A stretch of 36,023 nt of DNA from a virus. Taxonomy: Duplodnaviria > Caudoviricetes. Position numbers and translations under genes: made by a program. The DNA lies in the IMG/VR virus record IMGVR_UViG_3300024308_000049, positions 1 through 36,023 of that record; one strand, given 5' to 3'. This document shows positions 1 through 8,811 of this stretch, piece by piece (positions within the stretch are counted from its first letter, which is position 1; each line of letters starts with the position of its first letter). The notes beneath the pieces were generated by a model. That model was not told the DNA's origin. It did no database searches and saw only the letters and a list, made by a program, of their open reading frames with translations.

Positions 1-1659
1 GTAGGCAATGCCGCCGCTCGGCGTAGCGCTCAGCACCATGACCACCTCGCCAGAGGCGTAAGCGATGGTGCCGGTGCCGCCCGTGCCGCTCAGCACGCCC
101 TGGCCGTTGTCAGTGAGCGTGCGCACGGTGCCAGCGGTGAAAGTGGCCGAGAATGAACCCGGCAGCACCCCGCCTTCGGGCAGGGTGTAGCGCACCTCAA
201 GCGATGGCACGACGCTACCGCCCGCACGCTGGGTGATGGCGTTGTCGGCCGAGCTGACGTAGCTGTACACCAGCGAGCTGCCAACGTCCGGCAGCGCGTT
301 GAGGGTCAGCGATACCGAGCCGGTGCCAAACGCAATGGTGCCAGCACCCTCACCGGTCAGCAGGCCGTCGCCGTGGTCGCGCAGTTCGTACCACTTGCCC
401 AGGGCCATGTAGCTGACGCTGAGCGTGCCGGCGCGCGGCACGGCGCCGGACAGGTTCAGCGTGTACACATAGCCACGGTTACCCAGGGTGATTTCTACTT
501 CACCGGTAATGGTGTCGCCGGTCGCTGCGGCGCCGGGGCGATAGGTGCCGTTCGCGCTACCCGTCCAGCTGGTGCCGGTACGGGCCAGGGTGATCTCGCC
601 GGTCTGGTAATCCACCCGGCCGGAGCTGAGCCAGTTGCTGCCGCTCACGTAGCGCAGGCCGCCCTTGCTGTCATCGCTGTAGGTGCCGCCGTTGGCCACG
701 AGGGTCAGCGTACCCGGCGCACAGCCGGTGCCGAGGAAGGTGCGGGACTCGCCCGCCAGCGCGCCGGCAGCAACGGTGAGCGCAACCGAACGGGACGGCC
801 CGGCCGGCACGTAGATCTGCCGCTGGTAGCCGCCCAGCACGTCGACCAGGGCGCTCTCTTTAGTGGTGCTCGGCACCAGCTGGCTGTAGACCGACTGCAC
901 GCGCAGGTTCAGCGCGCCCGGCGCGACGGCCTCGGCCAGCGGGCTGATGCCGTAATAGCGTGCAGCGTCCGCCACCTGGGTGGACAGCACGCGGGCCTTG
1001 GCCGCGCCGCTCAGCGCAGTGGGCGAGGTGCCGGCCGGCGTGACCTGGCCGCCCGGGAACTCATGCAGCAGCGGCGCACTGATGGACAGATCCAGCCGGC
1101 GCCGAGTGAAGTTGACGAAGTTGCCGTTGCCGTAGTCGTAAGTGAACTGCTCAAGGCGGGCGTCAACGCTGGTCAGGCGCACGTATTGCGCGGCGCTGGC
1201 GGTGACCAGCTGGAACACCTCACCGATCTCCGGCACGCGCTGTTCCTCACGCTGCACGCAGGCGATGGCGCGCTGGCCGGCCAGCTGGGTGCCCAGCAAC
1301 TCAAACTGAGCGGTGGTCGCGGCCGCCACGTAGCTCTCGATGGCGTTCTGCGCATCGCGGCGTTCGTCGATCTGGCTGCCAGTGTTGAACAGCAGCACGC
1401 TCACGCGCGGGTCAGCCGGGGCTTTCGTGACGATGCCATGGGCGCCCAGGTAGGCGTCGGCGTTCTGCGTCATCGGCCCGCCGAACAGCTTGCGCAGGTT
1501 GATGCGGCCGGTGGTGCGGTCGAGCCGGCTGATGTCGGGGAACACGTTGTTCACTTCGCCATCGACCACGGCATTGCCGGTGGCACGCCCGCCGCCGTCG
1601 TTTTCGTCGGTCAAGCGTTGGCTTTTCAGCACCTTTACGTCAGTTGCGGCAATGGTCAT
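1..1659 (-). CDS. Large tail-tip/baseplate-type virion protein, 3' end runs off the window (MTIAATDVKVLKSQRLTDENDGGGRATG...)
   Basis: Translated by hand: open frame from ATG 1659 to base 1, GGAG RBS upstream. Gly/Thr/Ser-rich, downstream of tape measure. Absent from the ORF track because it is truncated. Confidence 0.8.
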   Translation of the reverse strand, partial: MTIAATDVKVLKSQRLTDENDGGGRATGNAVVDGEVNNVFPDISRLDRTTGRINLRKLFGGPMTQNADAYLGAHGIVTKAPADPRVSVLLFNTGSQIDERRDAQNAIESYVAAATTAQFELLGTQLAGQRAIACVQREEQRVPEIGEVFQLVTASAAQYVRLTSVDARLEQFTYDYGNGNFVNFTRRRLDLSISAPLLHEFPGGQVTPAGTSPTALSGAAKARVLSTQVADAARYYGISPLAEAVAPGALNLRVQSVYSQLVPSTTKESALVDVLGGYQRQIYVPAGPSRSVALTVAAGALAGESRTFLGTGCAPGTLTLVANGGTYSDDSKGGLRYVSGSNWLSSGRVDYQTGEITLARTGTSWTGSANGTYRPGAAATGDTITGEVEITLGNRGYVYTLNLSGAVPRAGTLSVSYMALGKWYELRDHGDGLLTGEGAGTIAFGTGSVSLTLNALPDVGSSLVYSYVSSADNAITQRAGGSVVPSLEVRYTLPEGGVLPGSFSATFTAGTVRTLTDNGQGVLSGTGGTGTIAYASGEVVMVLSATPSGGIAY

Positions 1660-1679
1660 GCCATCAATCTCCAGGCAAC

Positions 1680-1702
1680 AAAAAGCCCGCACGGGGCGGG
1701 CT
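1680..1702 (-). terminator. Intrinsic terminator inside the tail operon
   Basis: AGCCCGC-cccgt-GCGGGCT followed by a T-run on the minus strand. Confidence 0.75.
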
Positions 1703-1703
1703 G

Positions 1704-2153
1704 TCAGGGTTCGGGGTCGGGTTCCGGCTCAGGGTCGGGCGGTGGTGGCGCTACGGTGATCAGGCGCAGGGTGAGCTGATAGAGCCAGTCCGGGCCAGGC
1801 GCGACAGTGCGGTGTACAGGCACAGCCTGAACGACAGGCCCCGCGACGCGGTTCCACGTCACATAGTGCTGTTCGCCGCTCGGCAGCGTGAGCAGGTGCA
1901 CAGACCCGCGCACACTGGCCATGGCTTCCAGCGCACGAACAGTGGCCAGGGTGAACCAGGCGCCGCCGTTGCTGCTGAGCGTGATCGGGCGGCCGTAGAG
2001 CTTGACGCCCTCCTGCACGATCAACGCACCGGTCAGCGAGCGTTCCTGCTCCTGCTCGATAGCGTTCCAGTCCCACTCGTCTACCCACTCCATCTGTTCG
2101 CCGCCCAGCTCCGGATCGGCAGCCAGGTCGAGGTCATCCAGGGTCAGTTGCAT
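1704..2153 (-). CDS. Minor tail protein (distal-tail position) with Pro/Glu/Asp low-complexity C-terminus
   Basis: 149 aa ORF whose start overlaps the tape measure stop; position in the operon. Confidence 0.65.
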   Translation of the reverse strand: MQLTLDDLDLAADPELGGEQMEWVDEWDWNAIEQEQERSLTGALIVQEGVKLYGRPITLSSNGGAWFTLATVRALEAMASVRGSVHLLTLPSGEQHYVTWNRVAGPVVQAVPVHRTVAPGPDWLYQLTLRLITVAPPPPDPEPEPDPEP

Positions 2154-5100
2154 TACAGGCTCCTCAAGCCAGCTTGTTCGAGAATGCTAAGCAGGTTGGT
2201 CTCGGCGGCGTCATCGCTCACCGCCACGTCCACCGCCGGCCGGCCCGGAATCTCCAGGCGGATGACCTTGCTCGGCGTTTGCGCTGCCTGCTGTGCGGCC
2301 GGCTGGGTAGCCTGCTGCGCCTCCATGCGCTTTTCCTGTTCCTCGGCCTGGCTGGCCTGCTGCGCCTCCATGCGCTTTTTCTGTTCCTCGGCCTGGCGGG
2401 CCTGGGCGCTTTCGGCCTCGATCTGCCGCAGCAGGCCAAGGGCACGACTGGCATTGGCCACCGCCTGGGCGTCGCCGCCCGCCTGCGCCTCGGCGAGCTG
2501 TGCCTGTAGCTCGCGCTGGCGAGCGGCGAACCGGCGACGCTCAATGTCGTCTTGCCGGCCCTGCAAACCATCCAGCTCGTCCTGCAGGCTCTCCAGCGTG
2601 CTGCGGGTCGAGTCGCCCATCTGCTTCATGCGCTGGTTGGCGGCCTCGATAGCCGACTCCAGCCCACTCAGGTCGGATTCATCCAGCAGGCTCAGTGCGT
2701 TCTTCATGCCGCTTGCACGGCGCACGAACTGCTGCGCGGTGAGCGAACCGCGCTCATAGTCACGCATCAGCGATTGCAGACTGGCCTTCTGCGACAGAAA
2801 CGCCTGCTGCGTCTGCAGGCTGGCCTGCTGGGTTTCTGCCATCCAGCGGGCTAGGCTGCTTTGCATCGGCATCGCGAGGGCGGCGCGCACATCACCCAAC
2901 GCCTTGGATACCGACTCCAGGCTGGTGCGCGTTGCATCCAGGCTGCTGGTGTCGATGCTCGGCGCCGCTGTGGTGAGGCCGCGCATTTGGTCGAACAGCT
3001 CCAGCGCGGCCCGGCTCAGCGCCGCCACCGGCTCGCGGGCCCGGTTCATGACGCCGCTGTAGAAGTCCTCCATGGCGGACATGTCGCGCTGTGAGCTGTC
3101 CTTCAGGTCGGTGAGCCCCTTGCGCTCTTCTTCCATCCTCTGGCCGGAAATGCGCCGTAGCTCTTCATTGGTGGCGATGCCGTCTTCCAGGGCATCGTTG
3201 TACATCTCCTGCGAGCGCAGCAGCTTGTCGCCGGCGTCCTTGCCGGCGTCGCCGGTTTTCTCGATCTCGCCTTTCAGTTCGCGCTGCCGATCGCTGGCCC
3301 GTTTCAGCTCCTGGTTGTACTCGGCCGCCGTGATGGCGCCGTCACCGTAGAGTTTGCGCAGCGCCGCACGGATATTGTTGATGTCCACATCCGTGCGGGC
3401 GTTGCTGATGGCATCCTGCACTGACTTCAGGTCGCCCAGCTTATCGTCGAGATCCGATACCAGGTCAGCAGCACCACCGGCAGCAGTGCCCAGGTCACGC
3501 AGCCGCGCATTCAGAACGCCAGTCGCCTGGCTGTATTCTTCCTGGCTGAGCCGGCCTGACTGGTACGCAGCCAGCAACGCTTTGCGCAGCCCTTCGAGCT
3601 GCTCACGGGTGCGGGCGGTGTCGATCAGGTTCAGGGCATTCCCCATATCCGTGATCGCTGCCGTGCCAGCCACCGCTGCGGCTATGGCTTCATCACGCAC
3701 CTTGTGCTGATTGGCCACCAACTGATCAGCATGCGCCTGGTCGAGCATTCGCTGCTGTTCCAGCTCAGACTTGACCGCATCGGTCGTGGACTTCGCCGCT
3801 TCCTTGGATGACTCCGCGGCATCCTTCCCGGCAGCACCGAGCGAGTCGGCAAGGTCTTTAGCGTCCTGCTTGACGCCATCGATCGATTCCTTGATGCCTG
3901 CCCTGACTGCACTGGCGGCCTCATCGATCTTCGCCTTCCACTTCGCCCCGCCAAGCGCGTCGGGCAAGGTGCCTGCCAACAGGCTGGCAGCCTCAAGCAC
4001 ACCTAGCTTGAAGGCTCCCCAGAACGTGCTGGCAGCATTGCCGGCTAGAGTCAGGGCATTCCAGAACTGCTTGGTGCCTGAGATAAACGAATCGAATGTT
4101 TTGAGCGACTTACCCAATCCATCGTCGAATCCATTCAGCCAACGAGTGCTGTCATCGATCAGCTTGGAGAAATCCACCTCCACCAGCCGACCGATAAACT
4201 CTTTGACGCGCTCGGCGCCCTTGCTGAACGCATCCGACAGCGACTGAGCCAGCTTATCCAGACGGCCATCACGATCCATCTGCTCGATGTAATCGGCCAC
4301 GCCAGCCAGTTGCTGCTTGGCGTACTCGAGCGCCCCGCTCTTCGCGATGCGGTCAAGAAAGTCCGTCCAGGTGTCCGATAGGTTGCTCACTAGGCCGGTG
4401 AGCGTGCCCATGTTGTCGGCCGCAGCACCCTGCGCACTGGCACCAATCTCTTTGACCAGCGCAGCGATTACATCGCGACCCAGCCGCCCCTTACTGGCCA
4501 GGTCGGCCAGTTGCGCGGCGTTCTTGCCGGTCACCTTCTCCAGCATCGACCACACGGGCACGCCGCGTTCGACGAGCTGCAGGATCTCCTCGGTCTGCAG
4601 CTTCTGCTTGGCGTAGGCCTGGCCAAGGGCCGAGGCGATGCCCTGCAGGCGCTCCATCCCGCCACCGAGCTGCTCGTTCTTGTCGACCACTGCCTGCAGC
4701 GTGCCGTCCATGGGATCGAGCCCGTAGGACTTCAGCAGCGCGAAGGCCTCGGTCACGTCCTGCACTTGCAGCGGCGTATCTTTGGCAAACTGCTTGATCC
4801 AGGCGGTAGCCTGTTCGCCAGCGGCAACGCTACCCATCAGGGAAGCCATGCGCTTGCCGAGCAGCTCGAAGTCATCGCCCGTAGAGAGCATCGAACGGAT
4901 GCCATCCTTTACCAGCCCAACGCCAGCAGCCAATCCCTGGAGTGCTTTATCGACTAGATAAATTGTGACCAGCCACTTACTGAAATTGACTGCAGCCTGA
5001 GTTACGCCAGTCTTTATCGACTCAATAGCAGAGGCATGCTCAGATGCAGAACGAGCCGCAGCAGCCTGCTCGCGCTGCGCTGCCTTGAGCTGAGCGTTGT

Positions 5101-5569
5101 TGGCATCGAGCGCCTGCCGTGCCTTGTCGACCTCGGCAGCCAGGCGCTTTTCTTCATCGGCCAGGTTGTTGGTATCGATACCGGCGGCACGCGCCGCCTT
5201 CTCCTGATCCGCCAGCCCAGCACGCAAATTATCGAGGCCGCGCTGCAAACGGCGCGCTTCGCGCTCGGCTTCCTTGAGCGACTGCTGCAGGCCTGCTGAG
5301 CCCGGCGCCGCATTCAGAGCGTCCCGCAGTTCCTTTACCTGCAGGTCGGCCTGTACCAGACTGCGCTCGGCTTGTTCGGCGGCGCGCTGGGTCTGCTGTA
5401 AGCCCCGGGCAAGGCTGCGCGCATCCTTGGCTGTATCCAGCGCCTGGCCGAGCTGCTCGCTGGCTTCCTTCAGGCTGTTAAGCGCCTCCTCGGACTTTTT
5501 CGCCTCGGGCGAGAGCTCATCCTTGCCGCGCAGCACGAACTGAATCAAGCGCTCTTTCAGGCTGGCCAT
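2153..5569 (-). CDS. Tail tape measure protein (start MASLKERLIQF)
   Basis: About 1138 aa Ala/Gln-rich helical protein with a tape-measure domain signature (FAKDTP...ALGQAYAKQKLQTEEILQLVERGVPVW). ATG 5569 has a GGAG RBS; the ORF-track extension crosses a terminator. Confidence 0.93.
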   Translation of the reverse strand: MASLKERLIQFVLRGKDELSPEAKKSEEALNSLKEASEQLGQALDTAKDARSLARGLQQTQRAAEQAERSLVQADLQVKELRDALNAAPGSAGLQQSLKEAEREARRLQRGLDNLRAGLADQEKAARAAGIDTNNLADEEKRLAAEVDKARQALDANNAQLKAAQREQAAAARSASEHASAIESIKTGVTQAAVNFSKWLVTIYLVDKALQGLAAGVGLVKDGIRSMLSTGDDFELLGKRMASLMGSVAAGEQATAWIKQFAKDTPLQVQDVTEAFALLKSYGLDPMDGTLQAVVDKNEQLGGGMERLQGIASALGQAYAKQKLQTEEILQLVERGVPVWSMLEKVTGKNAAQLADLASKGRLGRDVIAALVKEIGASAQGAAADNMGTLTGLVSNLSDTWTDFLDRIAKSGALEYAKQQLAGVADYIEQMDRDGRLDKLAQSLSDAFSKGAERVKEFIGRLVEVDFSKLIDDSTRWLNGFDDGLGKSLKTFDSFISGTKQFWNALTLAGNAASTFWGAFKLGVLEAASLLAGTLPDALGGAKWKAKIDEAASAVRAGIKESIDGVKQDAKDLADSLGAAGKDAAESSKEAAKSTTDAVKSELEQQRMLDQAHADQLVANQHKVRDEAIAAAVAGTAAITDMGNALNLIDTARTREQLEGLRKALLAAYQSGRLSQEEYSQATGVLNARLRDLGTAAGGAADLVSDLDDKLGDLKSVQDAISNARTDVDINNIRAALRKLYGDGAITAAEYNQELKRASDRQRELKGEIEKTGDAGKDAGDKLLRSQEMYNDALEDGIATNEELRRISGQRMEEERKGLTDLKDSSQRDMSAMEDFYSGVMNRAREPVAALSRAALELFDQMRGLTTAAPSIDTSSLDATRTSLESVSKALGDVRAALAMPMQSSLARWMAETQQASLQTQQAFLSQKASLQSLMRDYERGSLTAQQFVRRASGMKNALSLLDESDLSGLESAIEAANQRMKQMGDSTRSTLESLQDELDGLQGRQDDIERRRFAARQRELQAQLAEAQAGGDAQAVANASRALGLLRQIEAESAQARQAEEQKKRMEAQQASQAEEQEKRMEAQQATQPAAQQAAQTPSKVIRLEIPGRPAVDVAVSDDAAETNLLSILEQAGLRSL
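2310..2399. repeat. 45-bp near-perfect tandem duplication in the tape measure 3' end
   Basis: 2310-2354 and 2355-2399 encode two copies of EEQ(K/E)KRMEAQQA. Confidence 0.9.
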
Positions 5570-5586
5570 ACCTTTCTCCAGGTAAT

Positions 5587-5608
5587 AAAAAACCCGCCGA
5601 AGCGGGTT
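5587..5608 (-). terminator. Intrinsic terminator after the moron gene
   Basis: AACCCGC-TTCG-GCGGGTT followed by further T's on the minus strand. Confidence 0.9.
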
Positions 5609-5625
5609 GTGAAATACGAGACCGG

Positions 5626-6012
5626 CTACTTGAACAAGCTCGCCAGCCCTGCGCCGACGAACGAAAGCACGCCGGCAAAAATGAACATCAGTATCAACAG
5701 TGCGGGAATTGAGGCCAGCGCCCACTTGATGATGAACACCACCATCGACCAAAAGCGCATTTGCACGTCTACAACAACAACTGGTTGAGCACCATCCAGG
5801 CCTCTTGTTGCCACGGCAACATGGTCGGCAGCCAACGTGAACGCAGGTTTTTTCGCAGGCGCAGGCTCAGAAACGGGTGATGCCGCGCGGGCCAGGGCGG
5901 CTGAGAGCTTCATCTTGAGCGCCTTGTCATAGTAGGCACCACACTTCGGGCAACGTAGCGGCTCGCCAAAATCAGCCTGCGGCGCTTCATGTTCACAACT
6001 CGGACACTGCAT
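5626..6012 (-). CDS. Moron: zinc-ribbon plus C-terminal transmembrane protein
   Basis: ATG 6012 with AGGGAGG RBS; CPSC...CPKC; long hydrophobic C-terminus; own terminator. Confidence 0.8.
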   Translation of the reverse strand: MQCPSCEHEAPQADFGEPLRCPKCGAYYDKALKMKLSAALARAASPVSEPAPAKKPAFTLAADHVAVATRGLDGAQPVVVVDVQMRFWSMVVFIIKWALASIPALLILMFIFAGVLSFVGAGLASLFK

Positions 6013-6171
6013 TGGGTTTCCCTCCCTATGGATATGGCAGGGAATGTAGCCGATCAGCAGACGCACTGGAACCCAGCACGGCCGGCGGCCTGTACGGATC
6101 ACCATCTATGACGAAGAGAGCCCTGCATAGTAGCCTCATGACCCACATCAAATGACTGCCAAGGAGCGGCC

Positions 6172-6828
6172 ATGCCATCAGCCAAACCAGATAAAGCCAG
6201 GATCAAGGCTGCAGCCCGTGCGCGAGATCGCGAAGAACTGCCGGACTTCTTCACGCCGATCAAAGAAGCCGCTCAACTGGCCGTTTCAGACGGCGCTCTC
6301 ACCCAGTCGAGAGCAGCCAACTTCGAGCTGCTTCTTTCGGCCCACCCGTACCTGGACTTCTTCCCCTACAACATGCTCAGAGCCGCGCTGTACCAGGCGA
6401 CTGACAGTGGTTGCTGGGAGCCAGTTGTTGAACGCGACCTTTTGGTACTGCTCACCACCCTATTCGCTGAGCGCTATGACGGCTTTCCGCTTCAAGACCT
6501 TGTCAAAGCCGACCTTCCGACCTTCGGGGACATTTACCCGAAGCTCTTCGATACACCTCCCGCCGACTTTTCCGTCACGGGAAAACTCTGCGACTTCACC
6601 GGCCCATTCAAAGATCGCTCCCGCCGCGAATGCTATGCCCAGGTCGACGCGCTTGGCGGAACCCCATCAGACATGGGGTGGTACACCGACTGCCTATTCG
6701 TGGCAGATGAGCACTTCCATAAGCGCGCGATCTCCAGCGGCCTGGAAGCTGCCGTGTTTACGCGAATGCGGCAAGGCACCCTCCGCATCTACCGGGAGTC
6801 TGTTTTCCCTGCGTCGATTGCCGACTAG
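6172..6828 (+). CDS. Moron: protein with C-terminal BRCT-like domain
   Basis: AAGGAG RBS; opposite strand to the late genes. GKLCDFTGPF...R...ALGG...TDCLFV matches the bacterial BRCT pattern. Confidence 0.7.
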   Translation: MPSAKPDKARIKAAARARDREELPDFFTPIKEAAQLAVSDGALTQSRAANFELLLSAHPYLDFFPYNMLRAALYQATDSGCWEPVVERDLLVLLTTLFAERYDGFPLQDLVKADLPTFGDIYPKLFDTPPADFSVTGKLCDFTGPFKDRSRRECYAQVDALGGTPSDMGWYTDCLFVADEHFHKRAISSGLEAAVFTRMRQGTLRIYRESVFPASIAD

Positions 6829-6849
6829 GCCATCCCTGGCCCAGCAGCA

Positions 6850-7602
6850 TCAAGCCGCCTTATCCACCAGGTTCATCTCGCAGAACTTGGACAGATCGGT
6901 GGCCGTGATCAGCGGATCGGCCAGCAGCTCGGCCGGGCCTTCCAGGCGCAGGTACTCCTGGCCCAGTACCGGCAGCTCGCTGAGCAGGCCGAACTTGGCG
7001 CGGCGCACCACCAGGCTGTAGGGCTCGCCGCTCTGCGCGTCGTTGAGGCCGGCGATAAGCAGCTCCAGCTCCACCTGGCTGCCGTTTAGCATCTGCACGG
7101 CGCTGGCTTGGCGCTTGGTGTAGGTGAGCTTTACGCCGGTATTGTCGATGCCGCTGCTGGCGGTAACGATGATGCCGTGCGGGGTCAGCAGGTAGTCGGT
7201 GCTGGCCTGCAGCGCGACATCGCCAGCCGTTTTCACGGTTACCGGCTGGGTGAGATCAGGCAGGTGCTTGAACGGGATCAGCTCCCCCTCGACACCCGCG
7301 CTGATGCGCAGCTCATCGGTAACGGTGCCCGCAGCCACGGCGACAACGGTGGAGCGCGTCGAGCGCGCCAGGTTGGTGGCGGTCATGTCGTACATGCCGA
7401 TGGTCGAGGTCACGTCCGTGACGATCTCGCGCACGTTGCGGTTGCCACCGCCGCCACGGAAGTTGCGCAGCGGCTGGCGGTCGCTGGTGAAGCTGATGTT
7501 GAAGGTGTCGCAGTTGCCGATATCCAGCAGCGGATCCTGAGACTGGTAGGCGCGAGCGTAGATGATGCCCTCGCCAATGAACGAACGGTCGATCTGAGCC
7601 AT
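6850..7602 (-). CDS. Major tail tube protein
   Basis: 250 aa, AGGAG RBS, located after the head-tail genes; IGNC-x-TFNI type N-terminal motif. Confidence 0.8.
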   Translation of the reverse strand: MAQIDRSFIGEGIIYARAYQSQDPLLDIGNCDTFNISFTSDRQPLRNFRGGGGNRNVREIVTDVTSTIGMYDMTATNLARSTRSTVVAVAAGTVTDELRISAGVEGELIPFKHLPDLTQPVTVKTAGDVALQASTDYLLTPHGIIVTASSGIDNTGVKLTYTKRQASAVQMLNGSQVELELLIAGLNDAQSGEPYSLVVRRAKFGLLSELPVLGQEYLRLEGPAELLADPLITATDLSKFCEMNLVDKAA

Positions 7603-7642
7603 GGGACTCTCCTAGTGATCGTGGGGTTTGCGGGAGGGGCGG

Positions 7643-7834
7643 TTACTTGTTGTCGCCGGCCGGTTGAGCTTCAGGCTCGGCGGCACCGGCCTTGGCCTTC
7701 GGGGCGACCAGATAGCCGCGCTTCTCGGCGTGCTCGGCTACATCGTCGTCCACGTCTTGCTCGCCCTTTTTGAAGAGCTGCACGTTGCCGCCCTTCTGGT
7801 AGTTGAAGGGCTTGGCCACATTGATCTTGGGCAT
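7643..7834 (-). CDS. Small hypothetical virion-module protein
   Basis: 63 aa, GAGGA RBS, in operon. Confidence 0.7.
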   Translation of the reverse strand: MPKINVAKPFNYQKGGNVQLFKKGEQDVDDDVAEHAEKRGYLVAPKAKAGAAEPEAQPAGDNK

Positions 7835-7844
7835 GGGGTGTTCC

Positions 7845-8288
7845 TCACTTGAGGGGCTGCACGTAGGGGATCTGTACCGGCATCACCTGGGCAGCCCAAC
7901 GCCGGCCGTTGCGCGGCGCCATGGGGGTTTCGGGTTGGAAGGCGCCCTGCTGCACGCCCTGTTGTTTGAGGCCGAGCTTGGTGCCGGCGAGCTGCACCTT
8001 CACCGCCAGGCGCCCTGCACGCAGCGCGGCGAGGTAGTCACGACGCCGCGTCATGAGGGTGATGTTGACGGTGAGCCGCTCACGCACGCTGTTCGATGCC
8101 TGCCGCTCGACTTCCTCTGTCATACCGGGCTGCAGGATGATCAGGTCATCCGGCAGACCTTCGTCGTCGGCATCGATCACGCGCAGCACGTCATCCTCGA
8201 TCACCTCGGCGCCGAAGTTGGGCACCTGGGCGAGTAAGGCCTTCAGCTCGGTGAAGATCGCCGACTGCATGTCAATGGGTTGGGTCAT
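7845..8288 (-). CDS. Tail terminator-like protein (lambda gpU position)
   Basis: 147 aa; size and synteny. Confidence 0.6.
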   Translation of the reverse strand: MTQPIDMQSAIFTELKALLAQVPNFGAEVIEDDVLRVIDADDEGLPDDLIILQPGMTEEVERQASNSVRERLTVNITLMTRRRDYLAALRAGRLAVKVQLAGTKLGLKQQGVQQGAFQPETPMAPRNGRRWAAQVMPVQIPYVQPLK

Positions 8289-8289
8289 G

Positions 8290-8601
8290 TCAGGGCACCA
8301 CGTAGAGGGTGATCATGTGGCCGTCATCGCGCTCGATGCCGTCGATGTGCCAGGTTTTGCCGTCCATGACGAAAGCGCCTTGGCGGTCGAACGGTTGCAG
8401 GTAGCGCTTCTGCACTTCGTGCGTGCGCACCCGATCAACCGCCCCGCCCTCGCCGAAACGCTCGACGTCCTTCTCGACAATCACCGGCACACCTTCCGCC
8501 AGCACCTGGCCGGAGCGGCTCAGGTAGGTGGCGGTGCCATCGCTGAGGCTGTCCATGATCATGTCGTCGAGTTCGCTGACCAGATCAGGGAAGCCGCTCA
8601 T
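8290..8601 (-). CDS. Head-tail joining protein (gpFII-like)
   Basis: 103 aa beta-rich protein, C-terminal DGKTWHIDGIERDDG pattern; synteny. Confidence 0.7.
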   Translation of the reverse strand: MSGFPDLVSELDDMIMDSLSDGTATYLSRSGQVLAEGVPVIVEKDVERFGEGGAVDRVRTHEVQKRYLQPFDRQGAFVMDGKTWHIDGIERDDGHMITLYVVP

Positions 8602-8810
8602 TACTCACTACCGCTGAGCAGGTCGGGCGCTTTGAAATGGGCGGCTGCAGCCTTACCCGCTTCGCTATCCGCCTCGACGATAGTGCCTGCCGCAACCAGC
8701 TTGCGCTCCCACTCAGGGCCAGGTGGCGTGTAGGGCTGGCCCTTCACGAAGGTTTCTGAGCCTTCCTGAATGCAGCCGTCAGCCACGACATACTCCGCTT
8801 TCTTGGCCAT
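8601..8810 (-). CDS. Small head-associated hypothetical protein (gpFI position)
   Basis: 69 aa, directly after the capsid gene and overlapping the next start. Confidence 0.6.
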   Translation of the reverse strand: MAKKAEYVVADGCIQEGSETFVKGQPYTPPGPEWERKLVAAGTIVEADSEAGKAAAAHFKAPDLLSGSE

Positions 8811-8811
8811 G

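Noticed and set aside
1704-1750. PPPPPDPEPEPDPEP repeat as a functional repeat element
   Set aside because: Short low-complexity tail with no further support.
373-1779. 468-aa plus-strand ORF
   Set aside because: Shadow of the minus-strand tail gene 1-1659, which has an RBS and operon context.
5570-5752. N-terminal extension of the tape measure ORF
   Set aside because: It overlaps the moron gene and its terminator; ATG 5569 has the RBS.
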